Virus record (IMG/VR): IMGVR_UViG_3300025133_006513
Span: 53,289 to 117,288 of that record
DNA: 64,000 nt
Strand: one strand, 5' to 3'
Source: a virus
Lineage: Duplodnaviria > Heunggongvirae > Uroviricota > Caudoviricetes
Shown here in pieces: positions 18,541-27,818 of the stretch; within the stretch, counting starts at the first letter, position 1, and each line of letters opens with the position of its first letter. The notes beneath the pieces were generated by a model. That model ran no database searches. It saw only the letters and a list, made by a program, of their open reading frames with translations, and was not told the origin of the DNA. A program made the translations under genes and the position numbers.

Positions 18541-18666
18541 TTGGACTCCCGAACGTACCCCCCAGTAGCGGACAGCGTGCATAAGTTATGTATGCGGCAG
18601 CACTTATAACGCCGCACACCAGAAATTCAGTACTAAAAACCGCACACTTCTTATTACCGGAGTCCA

Positions 18667-18837
18667 ATGGCAAACACATTCACGGCGTACAAGATCATGC
18701 ATCGGCCGACCGGTAGATTCTCGTCAGGCGGTAGCTACGCGTGCTGGTCTGACGAGGGAAAGACGTGGTCGAAACTGTCGCACGTCAGGGGTGAGTTACT
18801 TCTCCTTGTGCGTAAATCCAGAGTTGAGCTTTATTGA
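18667..18837 (+). CDS. possible small protein (56 aa)
   Basis: GGAG lies 7 nt before the ATG. Below the 60-aa cutoff of the ORF track. Confidence 0.3.
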   Translation: MANTFTAYKIMHRPTGRFSSGGSYACWSDEGKTWSKLSHVRGELLLLVRKSRVELY

Positions 18838-18924
18838 CATGAACGTGAAGCTGGGGCTGCAAGACAGATTGCTTGAAGCCTTGGATCACACTAACTAGTG
18901 CGTTTCTAACGAAGGAGTCGAAGG

Positions 18925-19677
18925 ATGAAAGACAGTAAACTATTAGTGCGTTGTGATCCAAAACAGGTGGTCACAGCAGTTCCCGACACTAGCGGCGTGG
19001 ACGACACGCTAGCACGCGAGGCTGAGCATCTCCTCGGGTACTCGCTCGCCCGCTCTGCATCACAAGGGCGGCTTACGCGGAAGCAAGAGAAGAATACTGA
19101 GATGATTACAATGCTGGAAGCGCTGGACCTCCGACCTTTCGATCCGCGGTCGGTCGCGAAGTACCAACAGAAGCAGATCCTGAACGCCACCGGCGGCAGC
19201 GAAGTGATGTTCCGTGTTGCACAGCTGGGGGCGATTGTTGGTGCCTTAGGGGTCGCTGCCAGCGCTATTTGCTTGGTGGGAGCTGTCATCGCAACGATCG
19301 CGGGCGCAGGCCCCGCGGCCTTGTTGTGGCTTATTGGTTGTCTTGGTTTGATAGGCTTCGCTGGGTTGTTATTCTGGGGCGACGCGAAGGAGCGTAAAGC
19401 ACAGCGACAAGCTGATTGGCGGGAGGTATCGATTAACAGGTATGAGTTCGCTATCCCAGAGTACGCCTTGCAAACCGCTATAGATATCAAAAAGCAGTAC
19501 AGCAATGCGAACCTAGTGGTACACTACTTGCACATCTCGCAAAATCCGCGACCGTACCCAGACCCTTTCCTGGTGCTGCGTTTCGAGGGTACACAAGAGT
19601 ATGAGTTGTATCTGGAAGTTTGGGATGAACCTGACTTCAAAGCAAAGCGTCTTGAAGTACGTGACGCTATTAAATAG
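18925..19677 (+). CDS. hypothetical membrane protein (3 predicted TM helices, Gly/Ala-rich)
   Basis: AAGGAG RBS. Hydrophobic core AQLGAIVGALGVAASAICLVGAVIATIAGAGPAALLWLIGCLGLIGFAGLLFW. Confidence 0.55.
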   Translation: MKDSKLLVRCDPKQVVTAVPDTSGVDDTLAREAEHLLGYSLARSASQGRLTRKQEKNTEMITMLEALDLRPFDPRSVAKYQQKQILNATGGSEVMFRVAQLGAIVGALGVAASAICLVGAVIATIAGAGPAALLWLIGCLGLIGFAGLLFWGDAKERKAQRQADWREVSINRYEFAIPEYALQTAIDIKKQYSNANLVVHYLHISQNPRPYPDPFLVLRFEGTQEYELYLEVWDEPDFKAKRLEVRDAIK

Positions 19678-19825
19678 TGAAACTGAGGGGCACTGGGCAG
19701 GAACATCCCGGTGCTAGGTTGTGTGTAGGATAGGTGGGAGGCTATGAGCTACTGGCACAAGTCAGGAGTTAGCCGTTGGTGAAATACCACCCGCAACCTT
19801 TCCTCTTTTTAGAAGGAGGTGAAAC

Positions 19826-20092
19826 ATGGGGACAACGCTAGTACCCGTGCCGTGGAAGTTTCAGAATAGAAAGTGCTGCCATCACTGTAAGCTGGTTTTC
19901 CCTGTGAAGGCGACAGCCGGGTACTGCCCGCACTGCTGGCCTCGCAAATGTTTTGTTGACGTCGGCCAGTTCAGATGGATTCGTACAAGCAAGTGGTGGG
20001 AGTTTTGGGTTCGCGGTAAAGGTTACTGGCTACCCATGATGGCGCCATTCACCCGGTACGCAGATGCACCGCCGCGGCCGCCTAGTCGGTAA
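19826..20092 (+). CDS. small zinc-ribbon protein
   Basis: Strong RBS AGAAGGAGGTGAAAC. CCHHC...CPHC motifs. Confidence 0.55.
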   Translation: MGTTLVPVPWKFQNRKCCHHCKLVFPVKATAGYCPHCWPRKCFVDVGQFRWIRTSKWWEFWVRGKGYWLPMMAPFTRYADAPPRPPSR

Positions 20093-21965
20093 GTACCTCG
20101 TCGTCCCAGTCAGAGTCTTTCTGCATTGTTGCAGCCTTGAGCTGCTCCTGCGTGATCTCGTACTGGGCCATCTCTGCGAGGTTCGGCCACCGCTTACTGC
20201 GGTACCAGATGGCTGTGGCGCCAAGGTTAACCGCCTGGGCAAAGTCATCAGAGAACCCGTCCTGCCGTGTGATCCGATAGATCTCCCCGGCAGACATGGT
20301 TGTAACCTTGTCTTCTACAAGGGCCAGGAAGTCGCGGATTAATCCAGCATCCTCTTGGCTCTTGTAATCAGCGTCGAAGAACCTCATCATCCCCGTCTTG
20401 ATCATCGCACAACATAACAAGAGCGTACGGCTCTTATCCACGCGATAGTGAGACCTGGGGTGCTGCTGTGTCGGCGCGACGTGGTAACAGGGCTGCTGCG
20501 AGGCAGACCGCACGTACTGACAAGGCATACTCTCACGGGCTTTAAGCCCTGCCTGAATAAGGAATGTCTCACGCAGAGCACCGGCACCAGTGTAATCGTG
20601 AGCGAGGATCGTCGGACGGAATATGTCCCACATCTTCTTAATCTCACGAGCCTCCAACAGGTGATCGTGCGGAGTCAGCAATCGACGACCATAGATCACT
20701 TCGATCGAACCGTCTAGGCGGAGGCCAAGCAGTGCGGCAGTTGTAAAGCTGACCTTCTTCTCGCCACCACCACCCCAGTCAACACCCAACACAGTCATGC
20801 GGTACTTACCGCGGCGTGCTTTGGCATGCTTTATCGTATTAGGGCCTAGATTCGACACCTTGTCGAGTTCTGTAAGGGTAACGAGTTTGGCAGCCGTATC
20901 GTACGACTCACCAAGCACTTCGTTAAAGAACACGTTCGCCGGCGTGTTACCCTTACCGGCCTGCTTCGATAACAGTTCAGCCCACTTGTCGGGCTTGCCG
21001 TAGTGCAGAGGCATAATCACCTGCGGGACGTGGTAGCCAGCCTGCCACCAGACCCTGGCAGGGAATCGGTGGATCCAGCGGCCCATGCGAGGGCTGATGG
21101 CTTGACCGCACTTGTAACAAAGAGTCGCAGGGTGTTTCTCAGAGATATCGTCGTGGTAGGGTCCAATCATCTTCTCAAGATGGAACTCCATTGTGGGTAT
21201 ATTCCACGTGGGGTGCCCGCCCGTGGTGCAATGTAAGCACGGGATGAACCACTCAGCCTGTGAGGACTCCTGCCACAACGCTTCAAGCGTGTTGTCCAGG
21301 GTCTTAGGCGTGCCCGTGAACTGGCGGAGCGCCAGGTCAGAGGCAGACATTGTTTCACGAATGATCGGGATATGCTCATGGTTCATATCCTGGACTTCAT
21401 CGATCGCTACCTTGTCGGCCGAGATGCCGCGACAGCGATCTGCGTTGAGGAACGCGAAAGAGAACAACATTTTTGAGTTGTTGCGGAAGCTCCGATGCAG
21501 CACGGAGTTTACCGTATCTGTGCCGATCCACATGTCTTTGACAGGGGATTGGTCGATAAAGGGCTGCACAAACATGGAACTGAAGCGGCGTACCTGTTCG
21601 AACAGCGGCATCACGTAGAGCGTGGTGCGGTTAGGTAAGGCCTGTGACAGTACAACCCCGTGAGCTGCCAGCGACGTACTCTTGGATACTTGGCGACCTG
21701 TCTTGTAAACTAGAGCTGACGGCATACGAAACCGGAAGACCTCCTCAAATGGGAAGTGATCGATTAACGAATACGGTTCCCCTTTGAGGTTGAGCAAGAG
21801 AGGCAACGAATGGGCCATCGTATCTAGATTGCCCGATCGTATCATCTTGTTGTAGGCATTAATGCTATCAGATGGCGATGCGTGCTGGGCACTTCCCCGC
21901 ACAGTATTGGTAGCTGCTAGCATTGCCTCCACTAACGCCGGTTCCACTAAGACGGGATTAAGCAT
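20082..21965 (-). CDS. terminase large subunit (ATPase plus RNase-H-like nuclease); alternative GTG start at 22040
   Basis: Walker A KTGRQVSKST. Walker B VAIDEVQD. Nuclease-domain motif MTVLGVDWGGGG. GGAG RBS lies before ATG 21965. Confidence 0.8.
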   Translation of the reverse strand: MLNPVLVEPALVEAMLAATNTVRGSAQHASPSDSINAYNKMIRSGNLDTMAHSLPLLLNLKGEPYSLIDHFPFEEVFRFRMPSALVYKTGRQVSKSTSLAAHGVVLSQALPNRTTLYVMPLFEQVRRFSSMFVQPFIDQSPVKDMWIGTDTVNSVLHRSFRNNSKMLFSFAFLNADRCRGISADKVAIDEVQDMNHEHIPIIRETMSASDLALRQFTGTPKTLDNTLEALWQESSQAEWFIPCLHCTTGGHPTWNIPTMEFHLEKMIGPYHDDISEKHPATLCYKCGQAISPRMGRWIHRFPARVWWQAGYHVPQVIMPLHYGKPDKWAELLSKQAGKGNTPANVFFNEVLGESYDTAAKLVTLTELDKVSNLGPNTIKHAKARRGKYRMTVLGVDWGGGGEKKVSFTTAALLGLRLDGSIEVIYGRRLLTPHDHLLEAREIKKMWDIFRPTILAHDYTGAGALRETFLIQAGLKARESMPCQYVRSASQQPCYHVAPTQQHPRSHYRVDKSRTLLLCCAMIKTGMMRFFDADYKSQEDAGLIRDFLALVEDKVTTMSAGEIYRITRQDGFSDDFAQAVNLGATAIWYRSKRWPNLAEMAQYEITQEQLKAATMQKDSDWDDEVLTD

Positions 21966-22123
21966 GTATAACTCCGATGAGGATGAAGACTTGCAAAAGT
22001 TCGACTGGGTCGAACAACAGTGCAAGCAATTTTGGCCCACACCGGGTCATTTCTGGGCCACCGTAGTGCTAGTATGGCTAGCATATATGGTAGTCTGCTG
22101 TCTGTAGCAAGATAGCACAGGTC

Positions 22124-22399
22124 ATGCGAAAAAGCGAAGACCAATACACTCCAGCCCGAGGAGGGGCTGCTACTATGGCAGTAACAAAAAACGCCCGGTT
22201 GTTTCTTGAGCGCGAGGGGTTTAGGCCGACATACAGACGGCCTGCCTCCACCTTTATTCCGGGGGATAGCGAGATTCACTCCTACCCTGTCAGCACCCCG
22301 CTACCGCGGCCTGATGGGGTTAAGAATGGCTACCCCGCTCCGGACAAAGCTGTAACGAGTAACGACCCGTGGCCGCACGGAAATGAAGAAAGTAGTTAG
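22124..22399 (+). CDS. hypothetical protein (weak call)
   Basis: ORF only. The region also contains hairpins. Confidence 0.3.
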   Translation: MRKSEDQYTPARGGAATMAVTKNARLFLEREGFRPTYRRPASTFIPGDSEIHSYPVSTPLPRPDGVKNGYPAPDKAVTSNDPWPHGNEESS

Positions 22400-22402
22400 C
22401 TC

Positions 22403-22612
22403 ATGTTCGATGAGTTTCTCAAGGTTAGTTGTGGGATTGTGTTCCCACTGATTGTCGTGATGTTTGTCATGAAATCGTGGGTGGCGATATTCCCGCTGCT
22501 TGTAATCATTGGTGTTGTTGTCGCAACGTTCGGCACTGCTAAGGGCTTTGCCCAGGCAGACGCTGCCCGTACGCGACGCTCGCGAAATAGAAATAGACGA
22601 AGAAGGAGATAA
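22403..22612 (+). CDS. small membrane protein with 2 TM helices and an Arg-rich C-terminus (holin-like topology)
   Basis: VFPLIVVMFVMKSWVAIFPLLVIIGVVVATF followed by RTRRSRNRNRRRRR. Confidence 0.45.
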   Translation: MFDEFLKVSCGIVFPLIVVMFVMKSWVAIFPLLVIIGVVVATFGTAKGFAQADAARTRRSRNRNRRRRR

Positions 22613-22615
22613 GAT

Positions 22616-23008
22616 ATGATGTTGCTAGACTTCGTGATGCTCTTCCTTGCGGTTGGCGCTCTCGTCAACGCTTGGATGATGCAGGGTGGTTTATTCCACG
22701 CAACTCGGACGCGGATATGGCTTAGGTGGGGTTATCCCGGCCTAGGAGAGGAACCCGCAAATAAGGGTGAGATACTCCGCTGGGCGTTTGCTAAGCTGCT
22801 CAACTGCCGGATATGCCTGACGTATCACGTATCGTTCTGGCTCATCATCATCTTCTGGCTTCCCGGCCTATGGCTCGATCCGCTATGGGCGAAGGCTTGG
22901 TTCATCCCAGTCTACGCCCTGGCGGCTACTCGTTTGTCTCTACTGATAGGGACAGCTGTTACATACATGGATATCGAAGGCGACCCGGAGGTTGACCCCG
23001 ATGAGTGA
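22616..23008 (+). CDS. membrane protein (3-4 predicted TM helices)
   Basis: Hydrophobic segments. Adjacent to the previous small membrane protein. Confidence 0.5.
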   Translation: MMLLDFVMLFLAVGALVNAWMMQGGLFHATRTRIWLRWGYPGLGEEPANKGEILRWAFAKLLNCRICLTYHVSFWLIIIFWLPGLWLDPLWAKAWFIPVYALAATRLSLLIGTAVTYMDIEGDPEVDPDE

Positions 23009-23171
23009 GAAGTGTTATAGAGTGCCAGTGGTGATACAGATCGACGCAGAGATCGTTGTCGACGCGGAGGCACCACAAGACGCGAAGCGACAAGCTGCGA
23101 AGACGTCTGTGGATGATTTCGATCATCTCAACACGGCGATCGACGTATTGGAACCCCTACTAGACAAGTAA
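23001..23171 (+). CDS. possible small acidic protein (56 aa)
   Basis: ATGA overlap with the 22616..23008 gene. Confidence 0.3.
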   Translation: MSEKCYRVPVVIQIDAEIVVDAEAPQDAKRQAAKTSVDDFDHLNTAIDVLEPLLDK

Positions 23172-23190
23172 TCTTGTTCACAGGAACAAA

Positions 23191-23526
23191 ATGGCAGACG
23201 AACCAAAGAAGAAGTTCTACGATGACATCAATGAGCAGCTCCACACTGTTGTGAAGGAGCTTATGGCTGAACACCCAGAGTTAGAGGGGGTGGCTATGGC
23301 CGTTGTATATGACCCAGCACTTGGCGATCTACCGCCGGGGTTGGTATTTGGTAATCTGCAGAAACCTGAATACCTATGCCAAGTTGGCGTACAAGTAGCA
23401 AAGTTACAAGCAATGATTGCTGGCGGGGTGTCTATGCATTTCGCAGAGGCAGGAGCTGCAATCCAACAAGAGAAGAAGGATATTGATGGCGAAGAAGGCG
23501 ACAACGGGAATCAAGGCTCCGCGTAA
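23191..23526 (+). CDS. hypothetical protein
   Basis: 111-aa ORF. Confidence 0.5.
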   Translation: MADEPKKKFYDDINEQLHTVVKELMAEHPELEGVAMAVVYDPALGDLPPGLVFGNLQKPEYLCQVGVQVAKLQAMIAGGVSMHFAEAGAAIQQEKKDIDGEEGDNGNQGSA

Positions 23527-24127
23527 GCGGAAGATAGTCCAAGCAGGGTTAGGCAGTCTAACCGCGCTGATATCTCACCTAAAGATAAACACCTGGGATG
23601 CCATAATCGTCGGTGACGGTTCTGGTACTGGGTGGAAGATGGGAGCAGGCTGGTCCTCAGTGCTTATCGATAAGTACAGTGGCTCCAGGAAGCTATTCTA
23701 TGGTGCCCTCAACTGTGGCACGATCACTTTAGGTGAACTCTTTCCCTATCTGCACGCTATGTCTTGGTACACCAGCAAGGACGGCCCTGGACGGGCCCGC
23801 CGTCGTGAACTCCAAAACATACAGAAGCAGATGCAGATCCATGTTGTGACAGACAGCCAGGCTATCGCTACGGCTGGTAATAACCCGGGCTCCCGGCGGT
23901 CACATCAAGAGTTCTGGGCAGCTTTCGACGAATACAGAAAACGTGGCTTTATCATCACGTTCCATTACGTGGCGCGTGATCGTGTTGACTTGAACGTCTT
24001 AACAGACGCAGTATCCCGACAAGCGAGGCTTGATGTCCAAGAAACGTACTCCCGAGCAACAGAAACGCTCACCAAAAAGTACCCAGGAATCCCCGACGAC
24101 GTCACCATCTACGATTTCTCCCAGTAG
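23486..24127 (+). CDS. RNase H-like (type 1) protein
   Basis: AGAAGGA RBS. IIVGDGSGTGWKMGAGWSSVLID and HVVTDSQAIA resemble the RNase HI DGS and TDSQY motifs. Confidence 0.5.
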   Translation: MAKKATTGIKAPRKRKIVQAGLGSLTALISHLKINTWDAIIVGDGSGTGWKMGAGWSSVLIDKYSGSRKLFYGALNCGTITLGELFPYLHAMSWYTSKDGPGRARRRELQNIQKQMQIHVVTDSQAIATAGNNPGSRRSHQEFWAAFDEYRKRGFIITFHYVARDRVDLNVLTDAVSRQARLDVQETYSRATETLTKKYPGIPDDVTIYDFSQ

Positions 24128-24185
24128 GCGACGTAAGCTGCAGGTGCGAGAGTACCACCCAAAGCTTTATGATAATCACACCCCT

Positions 24186-24566
24186 ATGCAGGTCGTTAGG
24201 TTCTTCGAGCAAGAGCTCGGTATTGTTGCGAAAAAGATATATCGCAGCATGAAGATGGAACGCTTCCGCATTTACTACGGCAACCCGGTGACCGGGCGGG
24301 CGTGGGACGAGTGCGATGAAGGCCATATATCTCTAAGTCTTGGGGACAATCCTGTCCTCATAGTTCAGCATAATGTTGACTCCCCAGAGGCCAGCGTCAT
24401 CTTGATGAATAACATCGTCAAGATAAAGGCTTGTCTCGGCGGGCGTGTAATCTATCGCCACCCGCGGTTCCATACTCACGAAGAGAGGGCACCACAGGTG
24501 GAGGATGATGCAGTAATGCAACGCACCCCGCGTAAAATCTCCTTAGGAAGGAAGCGCGATGGCTAA
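24186..24566 (+). CDS. hypothetical protein ending ...RTPRKISLGRKRDG
   Basis: ORF frame of 24030..24566. The first ATG after the upstream stop is at 24186. Confidence 0.45.
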   Translation: MQVVRFFEQELGIVAKKIYRSMKMERFRIYYGNPVTGRAWDECDEGHISLSLGDNPVLIVQHNVDSPEASVILMNNIVKIKACLGGRVIYRHPRFHTHEERAPQVEDDAVMQRTPRKISLGRKRDG

Positions 24567-25185
24567 GTCAGATCAACCATCTGTCCCAGATATGATTAGT
24601 GAGTTTCGTTTGAGTAGGATGGGGCAGCACTGGGTGCGGCTATACGCCCCACTTACTCTGCAAGTGGGTGCAGTCTTGCATTACTACGCTAAGATGGTCG
24701 AGAAGCATGGCCTGGTGCCGCGATGGCGAGTTACTGTTCGCTACATTCACGGCTATTGGCATTCTGGCTACGTGATGCGACAAGAATGGCCCGGGCCAGG
24801 GGGTCAGCTGATGGCCAAGTTAGTGCTGCAGGAGTCCAGTCGTAGCGGCTTCCGCCCCGCCATACAAACGGAATACATCGATCGAATCTTGCATAGCAAT
24901 GCCAAGTATGGCGGAGCAATTGCAGGTAATCGGGTGTCACCGGTACTAGCAAGGGATAAAGCCAACGCGTACCTACAAGACCATGGGTATCCCACTACAT
25001 TTGCGATAGATGATCGCAGGAGTCGTTCTGCCATGAAGGGCGTACGTACACGTAGAAGAAATGCAAAGGCCGCTACTGTTGTTGAAACACACGGCCGACA
25101 ATTTCGTAAGATTAGACTGGATGCAGATGACAAAGTTACAGCAGGAGCGACGAAGCTTTCAAATGGACAAGCAGCTACTGATTGA
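24559..25185 (+). CDS. hypothetical protein with ...GRQFRKIRLDADDK... near the C-terminus
   Basis: The start context GGAAGGAAGCGCGATGGC is near-identical to that of the AAA+ gene at 3182. Confidence 0.55.
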   Translation: MAKSDQPSVPDMISEFRLSRMGQHWVRLYAPLTLQVGAVLHYYAKMVEKHGLVPRWRVTVRYIHGYWHSGYVMRQEWPGPGGQLMAKLVLQESSRSGFRPAIQTEYIDRILHSNAKYGGAIAGNRVSPVLARDKANAYLQDHGYPTTFAIDDRRSRSAMKGVRTRRRNAKAATVVETHGRQFRKIRLDADDKVTAGATKLSNGQAATD

Positions 25186-26980
25186 CGTTATTAAGCGTCA
25201 AGCAGGTAGCTTATGGAAGGCCATCAGCGAGGCGATTATGAACGCCGTTGATGCTGGTGCGACCACGTGCGATATTGAGTTGACTCGAGAGATGCTCATC
25301 ATCAAGGACAACGGCAAAGGTTTCCGTTCCCGTGCTGATGTTGAGAACTTCTTTGAGATATTTGGCAAGCCACACGACGCCGCAGAGGATAAGACGTTTG
25401 GCCGGTTCCGTATGGGTCGAGGACAACTATTTGCCTTTGGTGCAAATACATGGAGATCCAACACGTTCCAGATGAGCGTGAATATCAATGAGGAGGGGTT
25501 AGACTACCACCTCACAGAGAACCTGGAGAAAGAGCACGGCTGTGCTATCAACGTACGGCTGTACAAGACGCTTAGTCACACGCACTACGCGAACATCTTG
25601 GAAGAGATCGCCAACAACGGTAAGTATATTGGGATCCCTGTCACGCTCAACGGCAAAGCCTTCCCTACCGATCGATCGCAAGTGCGATGGGATATCGAGA
25701 TGGAGGAGGCAGATATCAAGCTCAGGTCCAATCAGGATCTGCGGATCTACAATCAGGGCATCCTGGTTAAGTCGTTCTACCGGCACATACACGGTGTCGG
25801 TGGTGATGTTGTGACAAAGGTGCCTATTCAAGTCAACTTTGCACGTAACGACATCATGGAGGATTGTCCTGTCTGGGGCAAGATCTTGCGTAAGCTGCGA
25901 CGTCACGCCAACGGCCAAGCAACAACCACGCGGGAGTCGCAGGGGAGGGCTACGCGAACTTCAAATTACGAGCGGCGGGCTACGGTAAAGCTAACAGAAG
26001 AAGATCGTCGGCGGTTGGTCAATCAGACCAAGGACGGCATACTCACACATAACCAGTACAAAGGTGCGAGGATCTGGCAGCGGTGCACCAAGCCTGGCGA
26101 TGTGACTGTGCGTACAATCTGGAATGAGTGTGAAGGTCGTGTGACCATGACACCCGCAGCAGACACACGTGGGCATCGTTACTCGGAAAGACGGTGGCGA
26201 CAAGAGATCGCACAGATTGAAAACAACAAGCTTGCTGTGGTACTTCCACGACTATTGCTTGATCGTTTTAATCTTAGTGACCTCGGCAAGATGGTCGCGC
26301 TATCGAATACTAATATCTACGCGCATGATAAATACCATCTGCAGTACATCCCCTGGGCAAAGTTAATGAAGACGCTGCAATCTGACTCGCAGGTGATAGA
26401 CACAGAAGAGCTTAATCAGCTTGAATTAACTGTGTTGTGCGTGTTACGAGAAGCCAAAGAGTATTTATTCGCTGACTGCCCCTTACCCGAGGGAACCACC
26501 GGTGCAGACGTTGAAGACCGAGTGTTGCAGGTCGGGCGATCACCACTCGAATCGTGGACAGACGGTGAGTCGATGATTGGGTTCTCTCGCGATTACATAC
26601 AGCGTGTAGGTATCGGGTTTGGTGCCTGGTACCAGTATGGTTATCGAATTATGCACGAGTCGCTACACAACGAGCGAAGCGATAGCAGACACGGACATGG
26701 CCCAAAATTCTACGCGAATTACCACCAGTGGTGTGCGGGCGGCACGAGCCTGCCGGCGTTCTTACACCGCTGCATGTCGATTACATCACGCGTAGCTCAC
26801 GATGTGGGTCTCACGCTAACGCAGCAGGAGTTTGCACGCCTGGATAAGTTTGAAGAGATGCAGGAAGAAGCAGCAGCACAGGCAGCACGTACGTCGCAAC
26901 CGGCTCCCGAGCCAGAAGCATCGCAGCCTGCGGACGTTTTACAACCAGTACCATTTCTTTTACCTAGAGACGGAGACTAA
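25163..26980 (+). CDS. GHKL-family ATPase (MutL/MORC-like Bergerat fold) fused to a C-terminal SprT/WLM-like HExxH domain; alternative start at 25121
   Basis: N box EAIMNAVDAGA. G1 box IKDNGKGF. G2 box FGRFRMGRGQLFAFGA. C-terminal MHESLHNERSDSRHGHGPKFYANYHQW fits the HExxH-x(n)-HG-xxF/Y pattern. Confidence 0.6.
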   Translation: MDKQLLIDVIKRQAGSLWKAISEAIMNAVDAGATTCDIELTREMLIIKDNGKGFRSRADVENFFEIFGKPHDAAEDKTFGRFRMGRGQLFAFGANTWRSNTFQMSVNINEEGLDYHLTENLEKEHGCAINVRLYKTLSHTHYANILEEIANNGKYIGIPVTLNGKAFPTDRSQVRWDIEMEEADIKLRSNQDLRIYNQGILVKSFYRHIHGVGGDVVTKVPIQVNFARNDIMEDCPVWGKILRKLRRHANGQATTTRESQGRATRTSNYERRATVKLTEEDRRRLVNQTKDGILTHNQYKGARIWQRCTKPGDVTVRTIWNECEGRVTMTPAADTRGHRYSERRWRQEIAQIENNKLAVVLPRLLLDRFNLSDLGKMVALSNTNIYAHDKYHLQYIPWAKLMKTLQSDSQVIDTEELNQLELTVLCVLREAKEYLFADCPLPEGTTGADVEDRVLQVGRSPLESWTDGESMIGFSRDYIQRVGIGFGAWYQYGYRIMHESLHNERSDSRHGHGPKFYANYHQWCAGGTSLPAFLHRCMSITSRVAHDVGLTLTQQEFARLDKFEEMQEEAAAQAARTSQPAPEPEASQPADVLQPVPFLLPRDGD

Positions 26981-27023
26981 TTACAATGCAACATAGCATA
27001 CGTCGCGGCCCGCGGGGGTCGTC

Positions 27024-27287
27024 GTGATCCACCTTCCCTGGTACGTACAAAACGCATTGGACAATAGGGTCATGATTGACGACAACGCTGCGAAGGAGTA
27101 CTGGGAAAAGCGGATGAGTGATCATCAGAAGAATGCTGCGGATGTTTGGATTATGAAACAACGCAGAGATATCTGGGACACCCACAAACACAGCCCACAA
27201 ATCTGGCGATTTTGTCGTCTAATTGAGGTGTTATATGAAGAGCACAAAGAAAGCAAAGCCCGTAAAAGAGCCAGCTCTTCGCCCTGA
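27024..27287 (+). CDS. hypothetical protein (weak)
   Basis: GTG start. Overlaps the next ORF. Confidence 0.3.
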   Translation: MIHLPWYVQNALDNRVMIDDNAAKEYWEKRMSDHQKNAADVWIMKQRRDIWDTHKHSPQIWRFCRLIEVLYEEHKESKARKRASSSP

Positions 27288-27468
27288 AAAAGTCTGTACA
27301 CGGTGCCAAAAGAAGACAAGAGATTGGTACCCGACCACCGGCGGTACTCGCTTACTCCACATTCGCTGTGTGCAGTGTTATGAGGAGGAGTACAGTCGGA
27401 TCATGCGTGACGAAGAGTCATTCTACCATCTACGTAAACGTGAACAGAAGGAGACCATACTGAAGTGA
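27235..27468 (+). CDS. small zinc-finger protein
   Basis: GAGGTG RBS. CTRC...CVQC motifs. Confidence 0.45.
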   Translation: MKSTKKAKPVKEPALRPEKVCTRCQKKTRDWYPTTGGTRLLHIRCVQCYEEEYSRIMRDEESFYHLRKREQKETILK

Positions 27469-27818
27469 CAGCAACACACTATGTAGCGTATGTGCAGATG
27501 GTTGTTCGTCTGCACAACGATACACTTGAGGTTGTTGAGGCACCTATCACATTCCCGATATTTTACCGTCCTCGTATGGGAGATTACTTAAACCATACAG
27601 TAGTAAGCGGAGTAATGCCGGTAGGGCCCACGTTCTTCGATGAAGAGCGTGATACAGTTGTACTGTCTATTGCCGGTTTGGCATATGATAAAACCACAAC
27701 CCTGGACGAGTGGCTGAAGGATCGGCCGAGCTGGCGCAAGGCGGTGACACCGTTCATAGATCTAGTTCAGGAGAAACCACATGATACCGAGGATAGCACT
27801 GACAGCGAGATCGACTAA
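27465..27818 (+). CDS. hypothetical protein
   Basis: GTGA overlap with the upstream gene. 117 aa. Confidence 0.5.
   Translation: MTATHYVAYVQMVVRLHNDTLEVVEAPITFPIFYRPRMGDYLNHTVVSGVMPVGPTFFDEERDTVVLSIAGLAYDKTTTLDEWLKDRPSWRKAVTPFIDLVQEKPHDTEDSTDSEID

Noticed and set aside
19678-19825. Possible rRNA fragment or tRNA in the GGTGGG...CCACC-rich spacer
   Set aside because: No cloverleaf or rRNA helix could be folded. Only a weak hairpin (GCACTGGG/CCCGGTGC) was found, and it lacks a U-tract.
22124-22399. Structured RNA or tRNA in the 22200-22400 region
   Set aside because: Hairpins are present but no T-loop/D-loop arrangement fits a tRNA. It is kept only as a weak CDS call.
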